A DNA stretch of 62,820 bases, taken from NCBI RefSeq assembly GCF_004010195.1, contig NC_057719.1, positions 64,297,218 through 64,360,037 of the forward strand. The letters are read 5' to 3'. Positions 1 to 13,200 of the stretch are shown here, piece after piece. The notes beneath the pieces are model-generated. The model worked only from the letters and a program-made list of their open reading frames with translations. It did not search any database and was not told the origin of the DNA. Positions within the stretch are counted from its first letter, which is position 1; each line of letters opens with the position of its first letter. A program made the translations under genes and the position numbers. This DNA comes from Chiloscyllium plagiosum (lineage: Eukaryota).

Positions 1-1047
1 TTTGCATGACAGTGATTAAGGACAGGGTTGTGTTCAAGAGCTGCTGTTCAAGAACAGCCTACTGTTGCTCTTTGTCAATATTCCCTTGAACCAATCAAGG
101 CAGTTGACTTTTGGAACTGTGTAACATATGTAATTAATATCTTGGGAGGGTAAATTGTTGGAGAAGAATAACTTAAAAAGAAAACTTCTGAATTAGGGGA
201 AAATGTTATTCCATTTTAAGAAGAATGCTGTGTTAATCTATTTGTACTTCATAGATACTGACCATTTTTGATTGGTGGTATTAAACTGTGTTTGCCTTCT
301 TGGTGCATTGGTTGATGAGTCTCCAGGTTTTAGTTTTTAAAATGTGCCAACTGATCCAAAATTAGTTGCTGTCTGTGGAAGAGGATTCTAAATGTCTGTG
401 GACCTTTGCAGAAATTCTACCTTATTTCACTTCTGAAATATTTTTGCCGCATATCCTTGACACCCTATTTAGCAGAAATAGTTTCGCTCTATCTGTCTTG
501 CTAGCTCCTCTAAATATCTTTAAAGTTCCAATCAAATCACTTGTCACCATTTAAATTCAAGGGATGCAGTCCTAATTTGTCTCTTGTAATTTAACCATTG
601 GATTCTGTCTATTATTCTGAAGCCAATATAACCTTAAAGTGTGATGCCCTGAACTGTTCACAGCATTCGAGAAGTAGTCTAACCAGTGCTTTGTACATAC
701 AAGCAAGAGCTCTAGTACCATTGTACTCTAGATATGAAAGTCAGCGTTTCACAGCTTTTTCCATTATTTTTTATACCTATTTATGGTTTTTGTACCTGAA
801 ATTCATAAGTCTCTTTGAATGTCTGCTGTTTTCATTTTGTCACTGTTAAGAATGACACTCAATCCTATGAGAGATTAAATTTTAAATCTGTTTTAAATTG
901 GCACCCCATTGTTCTGAGACTATGCCCTGTAGTCCTAGACTCTTGCATGAGGGGAAACATCTTCTCAGCATTTATCAGCATGTAAATGAGATTTTTTTTA
1001 ATGCAAAAAAAAACTGAAATTCTGCTCACTACTTTGTGTTCTATTAG

Positions 1048-1224
1048 CTTCTGCAGGGAATCCGTGATTCTGATATGTGCCAAGCTGTATGCGAGCAGGC
1101 TCTGGATCAGCATCCGGGGCTAGCTGCTTGTCACTTTCTGGCCAATTACCTTACCATGCACTTTCACAAGAGTCTATCTGCTGCACGCCATCATGAAATT
1201 CAATCCATGCGCATTGGATCAAAG
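1048..1224 (+). CDS. ZFYVE26: ZFYVE26 exon (177 nt) LLQGIRDSDMC...SMRIGSK
   Basis: ttag|CTT ... AAG|gtaagg; an alternative in-frame CAG acceptor at 1054-1056 is possible. Confidence 0.9.
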
Positions 1225-4200
1225 GTAAGGAAGAGATATCACTTGGCCATTGGTGGTTCTTGTTATCAGAAGTTATGTACCATCATTTTTTCACTTATAT
1301 GTGTCAAGTATCTTTTGGTTTCTCACTATATGGATGACTACAGTTCTGTTTAACTGAACCCCATGAACTTCAAGTAAGATCCCAAGTGGAGTAGTAATAA
1401 TTCTATATCACAGTGATGTAAAGTTTGGATGCAGGTAAACGACTAAGGAAATTGGTCACTTTGATAGCACTTTTGTAAAACTGGTTATAAAATTGCTTTA
1501 GAAAGGGATATTCTACCATTGTATCTGTTTCTGTAGGCTGTGTTTCATGTTTGTTAATGGAAAAATCTGAGCAATATATGGTTGTTGTACCATAATGAGA
1601 TGCAAAGCATTAACTTTTGCAGTTATTGCCCTACGTGTTATGTGACCAGCATAACAACTGTAGTTGCACTCCAAAGTTGTGAACCACTTATGAGCATGTT
1701 GATGCCATTGTCTACTGCTTTATGTCAGCTCGGATAAAAATTAAGCTAATGATGCATGTTGAGGTTTTAAAAATGCCAGGTATTTCTTTGCTTGTCAGTT
1801 TTTCTCCATAACAGTCCATTAACATTTTGGCGCTATATATTCCTTTTGGTAGCTTTTACTAACTCTACCAGATTCAGCACGTGATATCTATTCACATCTG
1901 TCATCAAACCCATTGCTGATGTTGGAGCAGCTACTAATGAATATGAAAGTGGATTGGGCATCAGTGGCTGTCCAGACACTTCATCAACTGCTTATGGGGC
2001 AAGAAGCTGGTTTGGCCATTGAAGACATAGATTGCCTTCTTTCTAAATATGCAGCCAAGGCTCTTGAAGTTCCCTTTGCAGTGCGAGAGAAAGCACGATC
2101 AGGTAACAAAAATTGATCTGCTTTTATTTCTTTGTGAAGCCGAATTTATTTTTAGAAGTATATATATTAAAGCTGTAACTGTCAGCTTTATATTACATTT
2201 ACTGTTTACAGAAACCTTGCCAAAGTCTGTTACTGTGTTACTGAATCTATTTTTGACTGGTCCATGTGTCCTCTGATTACATAATTGACTCTTTTTCTGT
2301 CCCATTTCAACTTCACACTGTGCGTTATATTTGGGTTGGAAATTTCCACTTGTTAACTTGAGTAAGGCATGTTGCTTTCTAGCCTTGGGCTGAAGAAACA
2401 ATTAACTTGCCGATATTTTTATTTAAGTATGTCAATTTTAATTGTTTCTTTGGCTTTTTCTTTGTGGCAGGCCCATAACCTAATTGTACTTTTTGGTCTT
2501 GATTGAAACTGTATTTCATTCTTTTTGTAATGAATTTTCTGTAGTTTGTTTCTTTCTAGTTGATTAAGTTAAGATTTATGGAATCTTACTAAATGAAAGC
2601 TTTTTATCAGCATTACTGCAGTATAATTTATCTCTTTATTCAAATTTGTCGTCAAATTAATAAACATAGTAAAAATCAAATGAGAAGTATCTTCCACTGC
2701 TTTTGCACTGCAGAACACTGACAGGGTTGTTCCTGAATGCTGTTGTGATTTGCTATGTAATTCGAGTACAGCTGTGATATGTAGGCCTGCTGAGTTTCGC
2801 AGAAAAACTAGAGCTCCTAGAATCTGACTTCCTTCATTTGATTGCACAACCCGAAACCGATGGCTTGACTATGTATGATCGAGTTTGACTATTGGAATGA
2901 TAGTGGCTGTCCTTATGTGCTCATAGCTTTTCTGGGGTTCCATGTCTCTTCCACCTGTTTTTCCAGGATCAGGTGAAAAGTGATCAGCCTTGGCTATGAT
3001 TGCCCTGGTGATGTAAAAGCCCACATTGCTCTGCGTCAAAGCTAAATGAGTATACTGTTCCTAGTAACCATATCAAGTGTGTTCCCCTTTTAACCCTTAA
3101 AAATACTATGAAAACTGGAAAAAAAAGCGGTTTGTTTTGTGATTATCAAAACGGAGGATTTTTTTAGGTTGGCCACTTGTGTGAATTTTAAGCTGTTTTT
3201 TAATGCCTTTCTGTCTAGATTCTGTAATCAATCTCCAAGATTTGCTCACCCAGAGTGCAGGACCAGAGAATTTTCCCACATCATCAAATCTTGAGAGAAC
3301 GTCAAGCATATGTTCTGGTAAGGACAATATCAAGCTATAGATAATTACAGTGCAGGTGATAATTCAGCCCCATCTATGTTGGCTTTTTGTTAAAGTAGTT
3401 TAAAACACATCTCTCTGCTTCTGTATATCCACAAAACTACATTTTTTACCCTCAAATGCTTAAGCTGCTTTCACTGAAAATGATGGATCCGTTTGATTAT
3501 CCGATAAAATTCCACTAGTGTATGCAGCACAAGTTTGTTTCTACTCTGAAAAGAAAATGAGAGTGATTTGATATTTTAATTCACCTAAAATTAGCAGACA
3601 GAATTAGAATTTTTGCGTTTATGTAATAATTCTATACATTTCTGCACTCGTCCCCACCATTCCATAGAATCAGGAGATGTAGAGTCAATATGGATAGAGC
3701 TGAGAAATTCTAAGGTAGAAAGACGCCAATGGGAGTTATCTACAGGCCCCCAAACAGTAGTTTGGATGTAGGATGTAAGTTGAATACGGAGTTGAAATTG
3801 GCCTGTCGCCAAGGTATTACTACTGTTGTTATGGGGGATTTCAACATGCAGGTAGACTGGGAGAATCAGGATGGTCCTGGACCCCAAGAAAAGGAGTTTG
3901 TGGAGTGCCTCCGAGATGGATTCTTAGAACAGCTGGAGCCTACCAGGGAGAAGGCAATTCTGGATCTGGTGTTGCGCAACGAACCAGATTTGATCAGGGA
4001 CCTCGAAGTAAAGGTGCCATTAGGAGGTAGTGGCCATAATATGATAAGTTTTTACCTACAATTTAAGAGGGAGAAGGGAGAATCAGAAGTGTCAGTATTA
4101 CAGTTGAACAAAGGGGACTATGGAGCTATGAGGGAGGAGCTGGCCAAAGGAGCTGGTTCAATACCCTAGCAGGGATGGCAGTGGAACAACAATGGCAGGT

Positions 4201-7200
4201 ATTTCTGGATATAATGCAGAAGGTGCAGGATCAGCTCATTCCAAAGAGGAAGAAAGATCCTAAGGGAAAGCAGGGGCGGCCGTGGCTGACGAGGGAAGTT
4301 AAGGACTGTATAAAGATAAAAGAGAAGTATAGCATAGCAAAGATGAGCGGGAAGCCGGAGGACTGGGAAACTTTTAAAGAGCAACAGAGGATAACTAAAA
4401 AGGCAATACGTAGAGAAAAAATGAGGTACGAAGGCAAACTGGGCCAAACATATAAAGGAGAATAGTAAAATCTTTTTTAGGTGTGTGATAAGAAAAAAAA
4501 ATTAAGACTAATATTGGGCCCTTGAAGACTAATGGGTGAATTTATTATGGGGAACAAGTAGATGGCAGAAGAGTTGAATAGGTACTTTGGATCTGTCTTC
4601 ACTGGGGAAGACACAAGCAATCACCCAGATGTAATAGTGGCTGAAGGACCTAGGGTAATGTGTGAACTGAAGGGAGTTCATATTAGGCAGGAAATGGTAT
4701 TGGATAGACTGTTAAGTCTGAAGGCTAATAAGTCTCCCAGGACCTGATGGTCTGCACTCCAGGGTACTTAAGGAATCGGTTCTAGAAATCATGGATGTAC
4801 TGGTAATCATTTTCCAATGTTCTATAGATTCAAGATCAGTTCCTGCGGATTGGATGGTGGTTAATGTTGTCCCACTTTTCAAGAAAAGAGGGAGAGAGAA
4901 AACGGAATTATAGACTGGTTAGCCTGACGTCAGTGGTGGGAAAGATGCTGGAGTCGATTATAAAAGATGAAATTACGACTCATTTGGATAGCAGTAACAG
5001 GATAGGTCAGCATGGGTTTACGAAGGGGAAATCGTGCTTGACTAATCTTCATGAATTTTTTGAGGATGTAACTATGAAGATGGACAAGGGATAGCCAGTG
5101 GATGTAGTGTACCTGGATTTTCAGAAAGCGTTTGATAAAGTCCCATGTAGAAGATTAGTGAGCAAAATTAGGGCACATGGTATTAGGGCAAAATACTGAC
5201 TTGGATTGAAAATTGGCTGGCTGACAGGAAGCAGTGTAATGATAAACTGGTCCCTTTCGGAATGGCAGGCGGTGACCAGTGGGGTACCACAAGGTTCGGT
5301 GCTGGGACCGGAGCTGTTTGCAGTATACATTGATGATATAGATGAAGGCATTAAAAGTAATATTAGCAAATCTGTTGATGACACAAAGCTGGGTGGGAAG
5401 GTGAAATGTGAGGAGGATGTTATGAGAATACAGGGTGACTTGGACAGGCTAGGTGAGTGGACGGATGTATGGCAGATGCAGATTAATATGGATAAATGTG
5501 TGGTTATCCACTTTGGTGGCAAGAACAGGAAGGCAGATTACTATCTAAATGGAGTCAAGTTAGGTAAAGGAGAAATACAATGAGATCTAGGTGTTCTTGT
5601 ACATCAGTCAGTGAAAGAGAGTGTGCAGGTACAGCAGGCAGTGAAGAAAGCTAATAGCATGCTGGCCTTCATAACAAGACAAATTGAGTATAGGAGCAAA
5701 GAGGTCCTTCTGCAGCTGTACAGGGCCCTGATGAGACCGCACCTGGAATATTGTGTGCAGTTTTGGTCTCCAAATTTGAGGAAGGACATTCTGGCTATTG
5801 AGTGTGTGCATAGGTTCACAAGGTCAGTTCCCAGAATGGCGGGACTATCATATGTTGAAAGATTTGAGCGACTGGGCTTGTATGCACTTGAGTTTAGAAG
5901 GATGAGAGGGGATCTGATTGATACGTGTAAGATTATTAAAGGATTGGACACTCTGGAGGCAGGAAGCATGTTTCTGCTGATGAATGAGTCCAGAACCAGA
6001 GGAGACAGTTTAAAAATAAGGCATAGACCATTTAGAACAGAGTTGAGGAGAAATTTCTTCACCTGGAGAGTGGTGGCTGTATGGAATGCTCTGCCCCAGA
6101 ACGCAGTGGAGAACAAGTCTCTGGATACTTTAAAAAAGGAGATGGATAGTGCTCTTAAAATAGTGGAATCAAGGGTAATGGGGATAAGGCAGGAACAGGA
6201 TATTGATTGTGGATGATCAGCCATGATTATAATGAATGGTGATGTTGGCTCGAAGGGCCAAGTGGTCTACTCCTGCACCTATTGTCTATTCAATTACACC
6301 ATGCCAGGGGCGGCATGGTAGTGCAGTGGTTAGCACTGCTGCCTCACAGTACCAGGTATCTGGGTTCGATTCCAGCCTCGATGACTGTCAGTGTGGAGTT
6401 TGCACATTCTCCCCAAGTCTGCATGGGTTTCCTCCCACAATCCAAAGTTGAGCATGTTAGGTGAACTGGCCATGCCTTCAACTGCCCGTACTGTTCAGGA
6501 ATGTGTAGTTTGGGTGCATTACTCGGGTTAAATGTAGGGCAATGGGTCTGGGTGGATTAGTCTTCGGAGGGTCGATGTGGACTTTTCGGGCTGAAGGGCC
6601 TGTTCCCACGTTAAGGATTCTAATTCTAATTCTAAAACATTCTAATTCGTACTCCTACCAACATATTATGTTAGATATTTTGGGTAATGTAAATCAGAGC
6701 AGACAAAATTCAAGTAAATAAGTAATAAATTTGTATTTAATACCGAATCAGGGAGGGAATAATTATGGATTTCTAATGATGGAATTGAAAGAATACATTC
6801 ATCAGGTTAATATTCGCTTTTGGAAAAACAATCAAGTTGTTGAGCCTATTTCTGAGAGTGAAGAAAACAAAGAAATTAAGAAAGTTTTCAAACTTGGAAT
6901 ACTTAATATAATTGGAAAAACATCATGGTTTATGCTGCCTGAGTATTTGTGTGTTTACATTTACAAGAAAGGAGTACAACATTGGTACCAATATTAACCA
7001 TTTTGGCATTCGTCCTAAGATCAGAATGGTACTTGAGAACTGGCATTTAAACATTTGAACTCTGATCTCATGGGTGAAATAAGTGTTCAAAAGTGTTAGA
7101 TTATTAGTTTGTTTGAAATGCATGTGCAGACAAATGGTAATTTTGAGACCTGAATTTTCAAAGTTGGTCAGTGCATCCAGTTTTGTGAAGGTAAAACTTA

Positions 7201-10200
7201 ACTTCTACTCTTAAACTGCATTACTCACTGCACATAATTTTAAATTGAATGATTCAGTTGATTTTTGTTCAGTGATAAATCAGTGTAATCTATGTTGCAG
7301 GTAACTCCTCTCTCCAAGGACCAACTACCCCTCGAGAAGGATCTCTTCAAACGTCAAAATCAATTGGTGAATTTCTTCCTCCAGAAATCCCACCTGCTAA
7401 GAAAGACTGGATCCCGGATGATAAGGCATTGTTTTGCATGGTCTGTGGGAAGGAAAGGTTCACCATGGTAAGGGAAAATATCAGCTAAAGCTGTTTTAAA
7501 TTTTGAACTTTTTATTTATTATTCTCTTTCGGTGATTTCAGTGAATTTACAGAATAAAATTTTTCACCAGACACTTTGTCCTGTAACTAACCTTTGTCAG
7601 TCACTGGTGGATTTTCACTTTCAAATTTACTGGACAGAATTATGGTAGATATTGAAAAGAAGTGCATCCATGTCCACAAGATTAGTAATATATTATCATT
7701 GACAGTGGAAGCACTATATACCATTCAAATTGTGGGCTTCTGGGTGCTTGCAAGTTGAGAATAGGTGTGCTGTGAATTATTTGCTCAATCCTTTCCATGT
7801 GGCTGGTTCTGGGGAAACAGTTATTCTTGTAACTTGAGTGGTGATAAACAACTGATCTCAGAACTTGTTTTCATAAACTATAGTGGAGGCAATTAGAAAT
7901 GAGCTCTGCAGTGCTCTTCTGCCACTGCATCATGATTCTATTTTATTAGTGGCCTTGTATTACTGTAATTTTTTTTTTAGTTTTAAAGTGAAGACTGGGG
8001 CCCACAATTCACTGCCTCAGCAAGTAAAATAACACTGTTCCTGAACTGATATTATAAATGTCCACAGACCATTTGAAAAGGATAATTGGCCCAGACCCAA
8101 TTGTTTGAACTGTATTTCTTTGTAAGTCTTATAGCTTTTGCATTAAAAGTGACTCCTTTGTTCATAGTGATCCTGTTTCAAAGGACTCCTCCTCAGAGAC
8201 AGATAATGCAGCAGTTTAGCAAAACCAGGTGAAAAACACTAAAAATAATCACATTTGGACCAAATTGATCAATAACTGGAGGAATAATAAAATAAAATAG
8301 CTTCCAGAGAATGTGTGTGCCTAACTTTGGCTCCACTTCCACAAAACTGGTCAAAACAAGTTATTTAGAGTTCATGTTTTCGACCTGGATATTCATTCGG
8401 TGTATGTTAAGTTCATACAGTTAACAGCCACTGTTTGCTGGATAACTATTATTCTCTCAAATTGAAAATGCCAAGCAGCAATATGTTTATTGGAAGCAGA
8501 TTTCAGTTGAAAGAAATGAAGGGAAGAGTTTATAACTGAGTAACAAATTTTAGTCTAGTGGTTTTGAGAGATGGCTGCAAAACCTTCCACTAATGTTATT
8601 TTGCTATTCGAATGGGATGAACGTCTGATGTGTTTTCATTTTATTTGTATTATTCCTGAGGAATATGTAGGTATATTTTGCACTTTGCATGGAATTTCAT
8701 TCTGCCCTGTAGGTATGGGATTCCTGCTGCATATCCACGGACCTGTCTGAAAAATTGCAGCAGTTGGTGTGGCCTAAGATGGCTTCCTCCTGTTGCTCAT
8801 CATTCCCTACATACTGCCGTAATGAGGCCCCTTCAGGACTGCTTTCCATTCACCAGCAACTTTGAGGCCAACTTGAGAAATTTAGGGATTGAAGAATGGG
8901 CATGAGTGCTGGGCACTTTCGGGATGAGAGAACCGCCAGCCAGTCAGATCCCTTGACACTCTGAAGGAGGGCTTCCTTCTCAATGAGGGGGTGGGATTCC
9001 CAAATGCAGCCAATCCACTTGCTGAGGCCATTACAAACCTTCAGGGCTGCCAGCATCAACTTAATCTGGCACCATGGGAAGTCCCTCCATCTGAAAAATC
9101 CTACCCCTTGAGCTTCTGTCAGTGAAGCTGCATTTGTAGGATAATGTTTGAGTGCCATTGATTCAGTTTGGTTCATTTAGGTAGTGACCTGCCTCCAGGA
9201 AATGGATTTTCCTGGGTTGCAAGCCTCAGAGTTTATTTTTTGCCTCCGAATTACAGTTAAAGATTCTGACATCTTGCAGTCGGTGCTTCAATCAGCAATG
9301 TTAATCTGGCAAAATGCAAGATGTTTGCAATAAAAAGCTGCACCATAGTAGGAATTTCATGTTCCCAGTTATAAAGTTTCAAATGTCTGTAGGTCTGTTT
9401 TATCAGAAAAATATCTTCATTTCCTTGACATCCATAATATTATGCTTGCTTACACAACATTAAACCTTAATACTTTCCTGAATGACTATGCTTTTCATTT
9501 CATCTATTTTAATGTTTCTTTCTGAGGCTCGATGGAATTGATTAAATTCTTGTTAACTGCTTTGCGCCTTCTGTTACATTAAAGGTGTAATAGAAATGCA
9601 AGTTGTTGTTAGGAATAGTCTCTGACCCACCTTCTTGGACCATGCCTCCTCTATTGTTAATGGTTTATCTCAACTTTTGTAAATGCAAATTCCGGACTTT
9701 TGATCTCTGTTGTCAGTAAAGGCAGCTTAACAACAAAAAGGTCCAAAGTTTGCAACTTCTAATCTATGTTGAGTTCTCCAACCTCTGTCAGGCATTGTTA
9801 CTGTGACCTCAAGACCATAAAACCATGAAAGGGAAAGTCAGCCATGGATGACTGTTAATAATTATACGCCAACCACTATTAAAATGTGTATATGAAGGGA
9901 AGGATGTGCTACAATGATTCCCTAGTGGTTAGCACCATTGCCTCACAGCGCCAAGGACCCGGGTTCGATTCTAATCTCGGGCGACTGTCTGTATGGAGTT
10001 GCACGTTCTCCTTGTGTCTGCCTGGGTTTCCTCCAGGTGCTCCGGTTTTCTCCCACAATCACAAAAGATGTGCAGGTCAGGTGAATTGGCCATGCTAAGT
10101 TGCCCATAATGTTAAGTGCATCAGTCAGAGGGAAATGGGTTCGGGTGGGTTACTCTTCGGAAGGTCAGTGTGGACTTGTTGGGCTGAAGGGCCTGTTTCC

Positions 10201-13200
10201 ACACTGTAGGGAATCTAATCTAATCTTTCATTTTTTTGGCTAGTTCAATCGACGGCATCACTGCAGGCGTTGTGGGCGAGTTGTTTGTCAGTCCTGTTCT
10301 ACAAACAAAATGGTTGTTGAAAAGTGCAGAGAGAACCCAGCACGAGTTTGTGACCAATGTTACAGCTATTATCATGGGAAGTAAGTCTTTTCTCAGATGC
10401 AGTATGGATTTTGGATGTGGCTTTAGCAACTTGTCAAACAATTGTACTCTCCTTGCATGAAGTACACATGTGTTTCCCCTTTATTGATATTCTTGCAATT
10501 TATCCTGGAGCTGCAAATAAAAGGATCTCTTTTCAACAATACTCAATATGAAAGCTCAGTTAACTGGATGGCTGGTTTATGATGCAGAGTAATGCCAACA
10601 GTGTGGGTACAGTCTCTCACAGGCTGAGATTACCATGAAGGTATAGCCGACTCAACCTTTGCCTTCACTTGTGGCATTGTGACTCTTGGGTTGAGTTCAC
10701 CATCCATCATCTCTTTAAATGATAAAGCCACCCTATGCTCCTCTGGGATGATGGCGACTTTACTCAATATGAGTAACGTTAGGGAGATATTTGTATTTAC
10801 TTCTGAAGTGCTCTGAGGTCAACTGTATCTTGTTCTTTGTGAAAGCTTGGTGAAAATCTGTTCCAGCCCTACGTCTGAAAAATTCTATTGGATTGACAGT
10901 TTATTTTCCATGGAAGTAAGACCATGGGAATGCATTATTGCACTGTCTCTCCGATTAGTAAGAAATGGATTATATATATAAATTGACTTCTGTAAACGTT
11001 TTGGTGAAGAATTACTAACAAAAATAAAACTAATATTGCTCATTGTATTCATATTTCTTATTTTAAGCCTGTTACAATGCTTAGCTTTAGTGTTCCTGTT
11101 TATGGTTATTTAAAGATTTCAAAGTTAGGAGTGCCTGCTGCAATTAATGACTATCTTAGGTTAATGGTTCTCTAATGGTTTTGGTCGAAGGACCCATTTT
11201 CAAATGGGTTAATAAGTATTGATACCCCCCAGTCTAAATGAAAATAATACAAGTTTCTTACAGATTTACTTTTCGGAATAGAAGGCTGATCAATGAATCA
11301 GTTGAGGGACAGGAATGGAGTTTTTCCAGGCCTGCCTAATGTATGGTGAGCAGAAATGAGATTGGTGATCTGAACACATTCATCGTCTTGTCAGCCAAGA
11401 AGTAACCTTGCTGGTTCAGCAATGTCCCTGTAAAAGTATTTAGCGCATTATACCCCCTTTCTCTTCCTGGAGTGGGTCAAGCTCAGTGACTGTTATTGGT
11501 GACACTAATGTCATTTCTGGTATAACTAAAGAGCAAATCCACCCTTAAGGATGGTGGTCGCTATTCCTCTTGGAACAGTTGTTTGGTAACCCCCAGTAGA
11601 AACTAGTACATGCATACTTCCTCCAGAAACTGTGGTTGGATTTTTAAAAATGTATGGTATTCACTTTTTTTAAAAATGTGCACATTTTTCATGCTGCTCT
11701 TCTGTGAATTGAATCTATTCACAAAGTGAATGAGTAATTGGTCTATAAATTGCAGTGTACCATCTTAACTGCTTTGTTTAGAGAATAGTCTTGACATTTG
11801 TCAGTTCTGTTTACAATACCATATGTTTGTATCTTCTATTAATTAGTTTATAATTTTGTTCACTCTTTATTTTTATTTCCTATAGTGAAAATGTACAACT
11901 CGATCAAGGTGAAGGTGAGTAACTGGAACTTGATAGTTTGAGAAAAATTCTTCTTTGTTTTTCCCAGTTTTAGTTACTTACATGTATAATTCCATCTCTG
12001 TGCAATAGATCCCATAAATTGTGGTGATAGTGATTTGGATCTTACTGTAGCACTACAGATGCCGCGACAGTCAGAAGTACATTGGAACCTGACTCTGAAT
12101 GAAGAAGACAATGAGAATGAACGTAGTGAGTTTTTCTATGAGCAGGTGAGAGATATAAAACTGTTGACTTGGTTTTGGAATCTCACCTGATGATGATATT
12201 ATACAAATCACATCCCAGACTGAAAGCTGGCATGCTCAAGGTCATTTTTATTGTTTTTTTTTCTTATTTTGGTTTTAATGAGGTAGTCTGTCACTGAAAT
12301 GCACAGTATTGAAGATTGGATTTTAACAGTAAAATGGAAGTTTATTAAGCAAAAGGATTAGGATAAATCAAAATATTTAAATATCACATGAACTTAGAGT
12401 CTGAAACTCTCAGTAATCTCATGAATTCTTTAAAGATCCAAAAGTACCCCTGAAAAACTCAGACCGGAGGGAGAATATCTCCTTGCCTATCATCTTTCTT
12501 GGCTAAATTTAACTGGAACTTCCCAGTCTGAAAAATTTAGAAGCGCCTTCCTGTAACACCTGAATTTAAACATCTTCAAAAACCTCTCCAAGGTTTTACC
12601 CAAATGCTAACGGTCTGGAACAATCCTTAAACTACTTACTTTAAGGTAATCTGTTTTTATTATCTTCTCCATCAATCATATTAATCTTCATCTAAGACTG
12701 CTGTAGAAATGCCATAGACTGAAACTAAAACTTTGCTTTAAGCCATGAATGTTATCTCTCTGCTTAAAGAACAAGAAGTCTGGAAGCTTCTAACCGAAAC
12801 CTGTTTATCCTGTTCGGTCAAAACACACAGTCAATGTAAGCAAAAGCCTTTTAGTCGTTATCCCTCTTAAATCAATTTAAAAGAAATCGCTATGTCTACA
12901 GAAATACTTACAAAAAGTCATTAAACTCAGGGAGACTCGGGGGGGGGGAAAAAAAAACATATGCTGCTGATTCAAAAATCCAAACTGTAAGGATAAATGA
13001 TGTTAAAATATATATAAATCTCACAACCTACTTCACATAACTTCCTTGTACTTTGTTGCAGGGGAACCTGATTGTTACAAAATCTGTTTTAGAGTATAGG
13101 AAAGGTTTAGAGGGATATGGGCCAAATGCTGGTAAATGGGACTACATGAATTTAGTATATCTGGTTGGCATGCTGGTGAGTTGGACCGAAGGGTCTGTTT

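Noticed and set aside
3729..6216. Active CR1 reverse transcriptase
   Set aside because: Split over several frames with stops; 5'-truncated
6308..6380. tRNA genes at SINE heads (also 9924, 13352, 26368, 58881)
   Set aside because: They continue directly into SINE bodies and lack a complete cloverleaf
7295..7306. Recursive splice site at ttgcag|GTAACT
   Set aside because: Explained as a normal acceptor of a required coding exon; the intron is short for recursive splicing and there is no further evidence
8690..9270. GC-richer intronic block, possibly an old DNA transposon or regulatory element
   Set aside because: No clear termini, TSD, second copy or ORF that I can support
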